From: Acidobacteriota bacterium
GTDB taxonomy: Bacteria > Acidobacteriota > Thermoanaerobaculia > Gp7-AA8
Assembly (NCBI GenBank): GCA_019244185.1
Contig: JAFATB010000007.1
Coordinates: forward strand, 1-60,221
Length of the DNA: 60,221 bases
Direction of reading: 5' to 3'
The notes under the pieces are model-generated. The model had not been told where the DNA came from. It searched no databases and saw only the letters and a list, made by a program, of their open reading frames with translations. Below are positions 53,283 through 60,221 of this stretch, piece by piece; positions within the stretch are counted from its first letter, which is position 1, and each line of letters begins with the position of its first letter. The position numbers and the translations under genes are program-made.

Positions 53283-53833
53283 GCGCGGATCATAACGCGC
53301 GACCCCGCATCGCCGTCCAGACCCGCGAGCATCGCGTCGACTTCCGCGAGACGCTGGCGGACGGGAGCGGTGGCGGCGTCGCGCTCGACGACCGTGGCGT
53401 GCACGCGCGCGTCGCGCGCATTCACGCGGCGCCACGCGACGATCACGGCGACCGCGATCGTGAGCGCCATGGCCACGAGCACCTCCTGATCGCGGACCTG
53501 GATCTCGTCTTCGAGCCCGCGCCATCCGGCGATGAAGGCGCCGGCGAGATAGCCGGCGATGAACGCGACGGCGCCCCACTTCAATGCGCCGCCAAGCGGC
53601 GACGGCGCGGTGACGACGGCATCGTGCACGCGCGCGTCCCACTGCGCGAGCTGACCGACGAGGTGCTTCCGCTCGAGCTCGAGCGCCTCGCGTTGCCGCG
53701 GACCGAGCGGCACGCGCCCGCCGCAGTACGGACACGTGAGCCGCACGCGGCCTTCGCGATCGACGAGCTCCGCGCCGCAACGCGGACAGTCATTTCGTGC
53801 GCGATCGTCGCCGGCGCCGCCGTCTCCCGTCAT
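53279..53833 (-). CDS. Zn-ribbon / coiled-coil / 2-TM protein (paralog A)
   Basis: CPRC...CPYC, helix, two TMs, ERDAATAPVRQRLAEVDAML. Confidence 0.78.
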   Translation of the reverse strand: MTGDGGAGDDRARNDCPRCGAELVDREGRVRLTCPYCGGRVPLGPRQREALELERKHLVGQLAQWDARVHDAVVTAPSPLGGALKWGAVAFIAGYLAGAFIAGWRGLEDEIQVRDQEVLVAMALTIAVAVIVAWRRVNARDARVHATVVERDAATAPVRQRLAEVDAMLAGLDGDAGSRVMIRA

Positions 53834-55158
53834 CGCGCCGATGGTAGCGCGACTTCCCCGCGGTGCACGACCGCTTCGATCGCGCGCGTGTTCGCAATCG
53901 ACGCGAGCGGGTCTTTCGACAGCAGAATGAGATCCGCGCGCAGGCCCGCGCGCACGGAGCCGAACTCGTGCTCGCGATGCAACGCGCGCGCGGCGTCGTA
54001 CGTGGCCATGCGCAGGATCGCCAGCGGCGGAATGCCGGCGTCGGCGAGCAGCTGCAGCTCGTCGTGCAGGCTCGCGCCGGGGACGATCCACGGCGTCGGC
54101 GTGTCGGTTCCCGCGACGAGATGCACGCCGCGGTCATACATCTTCTTCGTGAGGCCGAGCAGAATCGGCCATGCTTTCTGGCCTTCCGCGAATTGTTCGG
54201 GCGTCCAGTCGCCGGTGAAGTTCCCCGCCGTCCAGCTGCGGCGCACGCGCTCGGGCACGAGCGCGAGATCGGGGTTGCGCGTCCAGCGCGGATCGTGGCT
54301 CCACAGCTTCGTGTGCATGGCCATGAGCGTCGGATCGACGACGACGTGGTGCTCGACGATCGCGGCGATCATCTCGTCGATGGCGTCGTCGTCGAGATGC
54401 TCGAGCCAGTAGACGCGGCCGAACATCGAGTTCGGCATCGCGTCGCGATCGGCGGCGCGGACGTACTCGCGCGACCACGGCGCGGAGTGTTCGAGGCTGT
54501 CGATGCCGAGGCGCGCGGCGTCGGTCCAGGTGGTGCGCTGCACGTGACCGATGACGGGCAGGCCTTGCTTGTGCGCCTCGTCGACGGCGATGGCGACGAG
54601 ACCGGGCGGCATCGACGAGTAGACCTTGATCGCGTCGACGCCGGCTTTCGCCTGCCAGCGGATCTCCTCGCGCACGGCCGCTTCGTCGCGCACGATGACG
54701 AACGGCTCGGGATTGAAGTCGGAGCTGTTGAGGATGCGGCCGGCGGTGAAGATCGTCGGGCCTTCGAGCTTGCGCGCGCGCACGAGGTCGCGGAACAGCA
54801 CGGCGTCGGCGGTCGGCGCGCCGGGATCGCGCACGGTGGTAACGCCGAAACGCAGAAAGAGGCGGAGGTGCTCGAGCGTGGCGGCGCGGTCGTAGCGCGG
54901 CTCGATGTCGCCTTTGTCATTGACGATGTTGACGAAGAGGTGCGCGTGCATGTCGACGAGACCGGGGATGACGTACTTGCCGGTGGCGTCGATGACGCGC
55001 GCGTCGGGCGGATGGACGACCGTGGCGGAAGGCGCGACGTCGGTGATGGTCTCGCCGCGGATGACCACGTCGACGTTCGGCCGCGGCGGCGCGCCGGTGC
55101 CGTCGATGACGGTGGCGTTGTGGAGGATGAGCACCTGCGCGAGGATGAGGTGGAGCAT
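53830..55158 (-). CDS. Metal-dependent amidohydrolase (Amidohydro_1, HutI-like fold)
   Basis: NATVIDGTG, PGLVDMHAH, GVTTVRDPG, IKVY, VIGH, LEH, AGTD, GLRADLILL..DPL. Confidence 0.92.
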   Translation of the reverse strand: MLHLILAQVLILHNATVIDGTGAPPRPNVDVVIRGETITDVAPSATVVHPPDARVIDATGKYVIPGLVDMHAHLFVNIVNDKGDIEPRYDRAATLEHLRLFLRFGVTTVRDPGAPTADAVLFRDLVRARKLEGPTIFTAGRILNSSDFNPEPFVIVRDEAAVREEIRWQAKAGVDAIKVYSSMPPGLVAIAVDEAHKQGLPVIGHVQRTTWTDAARLGIDSLEHSAPWSREYVRAADRDAMPNSMFGRVYWLEHLDDDAIDEMIAAIVEHHVVVDPTLMAMHTKLWSHDPRWTRNPDLALVPERVRRSWTAGNFTGDWTPEQFAEGQKAWPILLGLTKKMYDRGVHLVAGTDTPTPWIVPGASLHDELQLLADAGIPPLAILRMATYDAARALHREHEFGSVRAGLRADLILLSKDPLASIANTRAIEAVVHRGEVALPSAR

Positions 55159-55159
55159 G

Positions 55160-55173
55160 ACTATGAAAATAGT
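55160..55173. promoter_or_regulatory. Putative BlaI operator 1 (ACTA-N6-TAGT) overlapping the amidohydrolase -10 box
   Basis: ACTATGAAAATAGT; minus-strand TACTAT at 55169-55174. Confidence 0.7.
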
Positions 55174-55196
55174 AGGTCGCGCGCGCCGCGCTGGCA

Positions 55197-55210
55197 ACTA
55201 GTTTCGTAGT
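55197..55210. promoter_or_regulatory. Putative BlaI operator 2 (ACTA-N6-TAGT)
   Basis: ACTAGTTTCGTAGT, followed by AGGTC exactly as operator 1 is. Confidence 0.7.
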
Positions 55211-55213
55211 AGG

Positions 55214-56371
55214 TCAGCGCGCCGCGCGTGCCCATTCGGCGGAACGGGCCAAGTCGCCGGCGCGCTGGTAGGCGATGGCGGCGCCGAGGGCGCTCTCGCG
55301 CGGCTCGTAGCCGGCGTCGTAGGCGGCGCGGAACTCCTGCGCCGCGTCGGCGTTGTGGCCACCCCAGAGGAGCGAGAGGCCGCTGCCGTAATGCGCGGCG
55401 GCGTCTTCCGCGACGTCGACCGCGTCGACGGCGCCGCGCGCAGGCTGCATGAGCGCGATCGGTGCGAGGAGTACGACGCGGCGGACGAGGAGCGGTGACG
55501 CGGCAAGCGTGGTCGCAAGCGCGAGCACGAACGCGGACGCGAGCCGCAGACGCGTGAAGCGCGGCGACGCGTCGGGAAGCGCGAGGAGCGCTTCGACGCG
55601 ATGGGCGACGCTCGCCGGTTTCGCGATCGCGGCGGCAGCGAACGCATTCGGCCGCGCGCTTCCGAGCACGAGGCGCGCGAGCGCGGCGGCGTACGGTGCG
55701 CGGCCGTCGAGGCGCGAGGCGGCGACGTCGGACGCGAGCTCGCACTCGAACTCCATCCGCCGCGCCATCACGAACACGGCCGGATGAAAGAAGAAGAGCG
55801 CGCGCACGAGCTGCGCGGCCGCGCGCGTCCAGTCGTCGCGTCGCGCGGCATGCGCGAGTTCGTGCGCGAGGATGCGGTCGCCGTCGGCGCGTGGGAAGCC
55901 ATCGATGAACGCTTGCGGCACCAGCACCATCGCGCGACCGCAGCCGGCCATCAGCGGCGCGGGGACCGCGTCGCTCACGCCGCAGCCGACCGCGCGTTTG
56001 ACGCGCATCGACGCGCGCAGTGCGTCGATGCGCTGCTGGAGCTCGGGCGACGGACGCGCGCCGCGCTGCAGCGCGCGCATCCGCGAGTACGCGACGGCGA
56101 GGCGGACGAGGTGCAGCGTCGCGAGGGCGAGCCACGCAAGGACGAGCACGCGCGGAATGTTCGATGATGTCGTTGGCGGCGCGGCGCTCGCGACGCGCTG
56201 CACGGGCGCGAGCGCGACGCCCAACGACAGCACGGGCAGGAGCAACAGCGCGGCGGTCCAGATCGCGTGGCGCGTCGCGGGCACGCGCGAGCCGCGCGTC
56301 GTGAGCCAGGCGATGGCGAGGAGCAGCGGCGCGAGCGCGAGGGAGTTCGCGAGCGCGCCGGCGGCGATCAC
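55214..56371 (-). CDS. M56 (BlaR1-like) metallopeptidase with short C-terminal TPR-like domain
   Basis: TMs; P...G, ILAHELAH..R.D, FFFHPAV, E.ASD; no penicillin-binding domain; GTGA overlap with blaI. Confidence 0.9.
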   Translation of the reverse strand: MIAAGALANSLALAPLLLAIAWLTTRGSRVPATRHAIWTAALLLLPVLSLGVALAPVQRVASAAPPTTSSNIPRVLVLAWLALATLHLVRLAVAYSRMRALQRGARPSPELQQRIDALRASMRVKRAVGCGVSDAVPAPLMAGCGRAMVLVPQAFIDGFPRADGDRILAHELAHAARRDDWTRAAAQLVRALFFFHPAVFVMARRMEFECELASDVAASRLDGRAPYAAALARLVLGSARPNAFAAAAIAKPASVAHRVEALLALPDASPRFTRLRLASAFVLALATTLAASPLLVRRVVLLAPIALMQPARGAVDAVDVAEDAAAHYGSGLSLLWGGHNADAAQEFRAAYDAGYEPRESALGAAIAYQRAGDLARSAEWARAAR

Positions 56372-56748
56372 GGCTTCCCTTTCTTCCGCAGCACCTTCAT
56401 GAGCGCGCTCACCTCGTCGGGCGTGAGGTCCTGCTCTTCGATCACGTTCAGCAGCAGGTCGTTGTGCGAGCCGCCGAACCAGCGCGAGACGAAGTGGCGC
56501 ATGGCCTTCCGCCGCACCGGCTGCTTCTGCACGACGGGGCGGTAGACGTACGCCCTCCCCTGCGCCTCGTGCGCGACGTAGCCCTTGGTCTCGAGCACCT
56601 GGATGGTCGTGAGGACGGTCGTGTAGGCCAGCTCGTGTTTGGCGAGCGCGCGGTGTACGTCGGCGACCGTCGCGCGGCCGAGGCGCCAGAGCACGTTCAT
56701 GATGCGCAGCTCGGCGTCGGTGAGCGTCGGACTCGCTTTGCGGGCCAT
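56368..56748 (-). CDS. BlaI/MecI/CopY-family transcriptional repressor
   Basis: LTDAELRIMNVLW, LAYTTVLT, L..KGYV, GRAYVY.P, F.GS. Confidence 0.95.
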   Translation of the reverse strand: MARKASPTLTDAELRIMNVLWRLGRATVADVHRALAKHELAYTTVLTTIQVLETKGYVAHEAQGRAYVYRPVVQKQPVRRKAMRHFVSRWFGGSHNDLLLNVIEEQDLTPDEVSALMKVLRKKGKP

Positions 56749-56762
56749 CGGCCGTCGATGTT

Positions 56763-56776
56763 ACTACGGAATTAGT
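56763..56776. promoter_or_regulatory. Putative BlaI operator 3 at the blaI promoter
   Basis: ACTACGGAATTAGT abutting the minus-strand TAACAT -10 box. Confidence 0.7.
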
Positions 56777-57257
56777 TGATGCGCGCCGGACGCGTGGTGA
56801 GCGCCACGATCGGCAGGCCGACGAAGAGCATGTGGCCGAAGAACTGGATCCACCAGCGGATGTTGATCGTCGGCGGCCGGTGCGTGAGAAGCGGAATGAC
56901 GACCAGCGACATGACGACCCAGATCAGCGGCCCGTAGACCGCCGCGACGGCCATGACGCCGCCCCAGGATTCGACCGCGCGTTGGACCGCCGCGATGCGC
57001 AGCACGCCGAAGAGAAACACCGCCGTCCACGCGAATGCGACGCAGACGTGGAGCAGCAGGCCGATGAGCGCGGTGCGACTGCTGCCGTCGAATGCACTCT
57101 TTCCGAGCACGACGGACGCGACGCCCTGCCACAGCCGCGTGACCGTGGAGTGGTAGAACGCGACGCTCAGCACGCTCGAGAAGAGGCCGTCGGCGAGCGC
57201 GGTCACGAGTCCCGCGCGGAGGAAACGGGCGAGGACATCGCGACGCATCGGCTGCAT
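56772..57257 (-). CDS. Four-TM membrane protein of unknown function
   Basis: Q.VAS.V.G..AF.G, GLLLH, YG..IW.VM...V.PL, HMLFVGLPI; two intramembrane His. Confidence 0.8.
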   Translation of the reverse strand: MQPMRRDVLARFLRAGLVTALADGLFSSVLSVAFYHSTVTRLWQGVASVVLGKSAFDGSSRTALIGLLLHVCVAFAWTAVFLFGVLRIAAVQRAVESWGGVMAVAAVYGPLIWVVMSLVVIPLLTHRPPTINIRWWIQFFGHMLFVGLPIVALTTRPARIN

Positions 57258-57281
57258 GGTAGCCTCTTCCGTAGCGAGGTG

Positions 57282-57665
57282 GTGACGCTCGTTCGCAGCG
57301 CGCCGTACGTCCCCGTCACCGACGTCGAGCAGGCCGCGAGTCATTACGAGTCGGTGCTCGGCTTCCGCCGCGACTACGCCGCCGGCTCGCCGCCGCAGTT
57401 CGCCATCGTCAGCCGCGACGGCCTGGCCATCATGCTCCGCCTCGTCGACGACACGCGCATCGTGCCGAACGAGCGCCAGGGCGGCACGTGGGACGTCTTC
57501 TTCTGGATCACCGGCGCCGACGCGCTGTGCGCCGAGCTCCGCGCGAACGGCGCGGACGTCGTCTACGGTCCGATCGTGCAGCGCGACTACTCGATGCGCG
57601 AATTCGCGGTCCGCGACCCCAACGGCTACATCCTCGGGTTCGGCGAGCCGATCGACGAAAGCTAG
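57282..57665 (+). CDS. VOC/bleomycin-resistance-like protein
   Basis: PYVPVTDVEQAASHYESVLGF, Y.MREFAVRDPNGYILGFGE; GTG start (57279 or 57282). Confidence 0.88.
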   Translation: MTLVRSAPYVPVTDVEQAASHYESVLGFRRDYAAGSPPQFAIVSRDGLAIMLRLVDDTRIVPNERQGGTWDVFFWITGADALCAELRANGADVVYGPIVQRDYSMREFAVRDPNGYILGFGEPIDES

Positions 57666-58163
57666 CTACTCCGCGAGCAGCATGTCGATTTCGGCGAGCC
57701 GCTTCCGCACCGGCGCGAGCGCCGCGTCGCGCTCCTGCTGCGTCTGCGCCACGTGCGCCGCACGCCGGTTCTTCCAGCGGCGCGCGTAGAGGAGCATCAC
57801 GATGAGCGCGATCACCGCCGCGCTGCCGGCGACCGTCTGCTGCTGCATCGCGTCGAGGCTCTCGACGTGCCTGAAGCCTTCGTAGAAACCCCAGCCGAAG
57901 ATCAGCGCGAAGACGTACGTCGCGCAGCCGCAGCCGCCGGCGCGCAGCAGGATCGGCGAGCCGTAGAGCCGCGCCTTCAGCACCTTCGCTTCCCACGCCA
58001 GGACCTGCTCGTTGAGCGTGGCGCGCTCCTGTTCGAGCACGTGCTTCTGGCGCTTCGGAAAGGCGACGCTCGTGCCGCAGAACGCGCACGTCGCGGCGGC
58101 GGAGGCGTCGTCCTGGATCTTCGCGCCGCAGTTCGGACAGTCGAGCGTTCCGGCGCCGGCCAT
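57666..58163 (-). CDS. Zn-ribbon / coiled-coil / 2-TM protein (paralog B)
   Basis: CPNC...CAFC, helix, two TMs, ERDAALAPVRKRLAEIDMLL. Confidence 0.8.
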   Translation of the reverse strand: MAGAGTLDCPNCGAKIQDDASAAATCAFCGTSVAFPKRQKHVLEQERATLNEQVLAWEAKVLKARLYGSPILLRAGGCGCATYVFALIFGWGFYEGFRHVESLDAMQQQTVAGSAAVIALIVMLLYARRWKNRRAAHVAQTQQERDAALAPVRKRLAEIDMLLAE

Positions 58164-58169
58164 GCGGGA

Positions 58170-59480
58170 TCAGTGCGCGGCGACGGCCATGTCGAGCCGG
58201 CGATAGCGCTTCGTCTCGGGCAGACAGCTCTTGTGCGTGACGTGGTGCAGGTATTCGTCGCGGAACTTCTTGACCGACGAGATCACCGGACCGATGGCCG
58301 CGTCGCCGAGGGCGCAGAGGGATTTGCCGCCGATGTTGTCGGACATGTCGAGAAGCAGATCGGCGTCCTGCGGACGTCCTTCGCCGCGCTCGAGACGATC
58401 GAGCACCGACTCCATCCAGTTCGTGCCTTCGCGGCACGGCGTGCACTGGCCGCACGACTCGTGCGCGAAGAACTTCGCCAGACGCCACACCGCGTCGACG
58501 ATGCAGACGCTCTCGTCGAGGACGATGATGCCGGCCGAGCCGAGCATCGAGCCCGCCTTCATCACCGCGTCGAAGTTGAGCGGCAGATCGATCTCGTCGG
58601 CGGTGAGCATCGGCGCCGACGCGCCGCCGGGGATGACCGCTTTCAGCTTGCGGTCGCCGGTGATGCCGCCGCAGTGATCGTAGATGAGCTCCTTGAGGTT
58701 CATGCCCATCGGGAACTCGTACACGCCCGGCTTTTTCACGGAGCCCGACACGCAATAGAGCTTCGGGCCGGTGTTCTTCGGGGTGCCGAACGATTTGAAC
58801 CACTCCGCGCCCTTGTTGATGATGAAGGGCACGCAGGCGAGCGTCTCGACGTTGTTGACGACGGTCGGTCCGCCGAAGACGCCGACGACGGCGGGGAACG
58901 GCGGCTTGACGCGCGGCTGGCCGCGGTGGCCTTCGACGGACTCGATGAGTCCCGTCTCTTCGCCGCAGATGTACGCGCCCGCGCCGCGGTGCACGGTGAT
59001 GTCGAAGTCGAAGCTGCTGCCGAAGATGCCTTTGCCGAGAAAGCCTTTCGCGCGCGCTTCCTCGAGCGCGGCGTCGAGCACGGTCGCGCCGTAGTAGAAC
59101 TCGCCGCGGATGTAGATGTACGCCATCGGGCAGGAGCCGATCGCGAACGCGGAGATGATCATCCCCTCGATCAGCAGATGCGGATCCTTCTCGATGATCA
59201 CGCGGTCTTTGAACGTGCCCGGCTCGGACTCGTCGGCGTTGCAGAGCAGGTACGTCGGACGCGGCGCGTTCTTCGGAACGAAGCTCCACTTGTTGCCGGT
59301 CGGGAAGCCGGCGCCGCCGCGACCTCGCAAGCCGCTCTTCTTGACCAGTTCGACCAGGTCGTCCGGCTGCATCTCGAGCGCCTTCTTGAAGCCCGTGTAA
59401 CCGCCAGTGCGCTCATAGACGGAGACCTGCCGCAGGTTCTCGGTCGCGAAATCCTTGGTCAGGACGCGCTTGATTCCCAT
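58170..59480 (-). CDS. nuoF: NADH-quinone oxidoreductase subunit F
   Basis: SGLRGRGGAGFPTG, CNADESEPGTFKDR, GAGAYICGEET, ESCGQCTPCREG, LCALG. Confidence 0.97.
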   Translation of the reverse strand: MGIKRVLTKDFATENLRQVSVYERTGGYTGFKKALEMQPDDLVELVKKSGLRGRGGAGFPTGNKWSFVPKNAPRPTYLLCNADESEPGTFKDRVIIEKDPHLLIEGMIISAFAIGSCPMAYIYIRGEFYYGATVLDAALEEARAKGFLGKGIFGSSFDFDITVHRGAGAYICGEETGLIESVEGHRGQPRVKPPFPAVVGVFGGPTVVNNVETLACVPFIINKGAEWFKSFGTPKNTGPKLYCVSGSVKKPGVYEFPMGMNLKELIYDHCGGITGDRKLKAVIPGGASAPMLTADEIDLPLNFDAVMKAGSMLGSAGIIVLDESVCIVDAVWRLAKFFAHESCGQCTPCREGTNWMESVLDRLERGEGRPQDADLLLDMSDNIGGKSLCALGDAAIGPVISSVKKFRDEYLHHVTHKSCLPETKRYRRLDMAVAAH

Positions 59481-60091
59481 CAGGCCTGACTCCGCTTGCC
59501 GCGGGCACGCGCGCCCTCGGCGCCCGACCGGACCTTCTCGCCTTTCACCGGGGGCACCGCCTGCGGCTTCTTGGGATCTGTCGCCGCGGGCGTCGCGGCG
59601 GCACCGTGGATGGCCGGCTGTTTGCGCAACCGATCGATGATCGCGTCGATCCGTTCCGGCGTCAGGTTTTCTTCGAACTGATGGTCGACCTGCATCATCG
59701 GCGCGCCACCGCAGACGCCGAGGCACTCGATCGTGGAATGCCAGGTGATGGCGCCGTCCGATGTCGTCTGCCCATCCCGCACGCCCAGGGCGCGTTGCAG
59801 GTAGTCCTTCATCTCGTCGGCGCCGCGCAGCATGCAGGGGGCGTTGACGCAGATGACGACATCGTGCCGGCCCTCGGGCCTCGTCAGAAACATGGAATAG
59901 AAGGATGCGGTCGCCTCGATCAGCGACGGTGGGAGTTGCAGCGCTTGCGCGATCTCGCCCATGGCGGCTTCGGTGACGTACCCCTGCTCATGCTGGACGG
60001 CCCAGAGGGCGGGGATGATGGCCGATTGCTTGGAGGGGTAGCGAGCCGCCACCTCCTGGATCCTGGTCAGCGTGGCCTTGCTTACCGGCAT
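59480..60091 (-). CDS. nuoE: NADH-quinone oxidoreductase subunit E
   Basis: SAIIPALW.VQ...GY, ASFYSMF, CVNAPC and ECLGVC [2Fe-2S] ligands. Confidence 0.95.
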   Translation of the reverse strand: MPVSKATLTRIQEVAARYPSKQSAIIPALWAVQHEQGYVTEAAMGEIAQALQLPPSLIEATASFYSMFLTRPEGRHDVVICVNAPCMLRGADEMKDYLQRALGVRDGQTTSDGAITWHSTIECLGVCGGAPMMQVDHQFEENLTPERIDAIIDRLRKQPAIHGAAATPAATDPKKPQAVPPVKGEKVRSGAEGARARGKRSQA

Positions 60092-60221
60092 CAGCGGTCC
60101 ACGTCTCCAAGGATGAAATCCATGCTGCCCATGATCGCGATGACGTCGGCCACCAGCACACCCTGGACCAGCCGGCGCAGCGGCTGCAGGTTGCAGAACG
60201 ACGGCGGACGCACCTTCATTC
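60091..60221 (-). CDS. nuoD: NADH-quinone oxidoreductase subunit D, C-terminal fragment (cut by window edge)
   Basis: Manual translation [42 protein letters not shown]-stop; TGATG coupling to nuoE. Confidence 0.92.
   Translation of the reverse strand, partial: MKVRPPSFCNLQPLRRLVQGVLVADVIAIMGSMDFILGDVDR

Noticed and set aside
55214-56748. Beta-lactam resistance locus
   Set aside because: No beta-lactamase or penicillin-binding sensor domain (no SxxK/SxN/KTG arrangement) seen.

Overview
High-GC bacterial DNA with about 55 densely packed protein genes and no recognisable rRNA, tRNA, CRISPR array, integrase or transposase. Gene repertoire and codon style suggest an Acidobacteriota (Thermoanaerobaculia-like) genome, which is inference only. 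Contents: two c-di-GMP enzymes, an M20 hydrolase, a lone gatB, a FadL + SGNH lipase pair, a TolC-MFP-RND-YncE efflux operon with a divergent OmpR-type two-component system, a LytS/LytTR pair, comM, a heterodimeric ABC exporter, an ABC-2 operon, an ECF sigma + TPR Ser/Thr kinase followed by two large secreted beta-propeller proteins, an ECF/anti-sigma/DUF4252 operon, a BlaI/M56 regulon, and nuoD(part)-nuoE-nuoF. Most notable observations: (1) a NAL1-like trypsin-fold protease followed by a 70-aa stand-alone copy of its own N-terminal domain; (2) an RpoS-like sigma factor with two tandem region-4 modules; (3) at least 11 genes with a leaderless TANNNT-N6/7-start layout, which points to near-cognate ATC/ATA starts for two more genes; (4) a BlaI regulon with three ACTA-N6-TAGT operators over an amidohydrolase / Zn-ribbon membrane protein / diheme cytochrome operon; (5) a tandem AbrB-like protein with an AT-hook tail behind a near-consensus promoter. 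Both window ends (about 1-870 and 59330-60221) look like sequence from a different organism joined at highly conserved motifs, so a chimeric assembly is possible. Family assignments come from motif reading, not from database searches.
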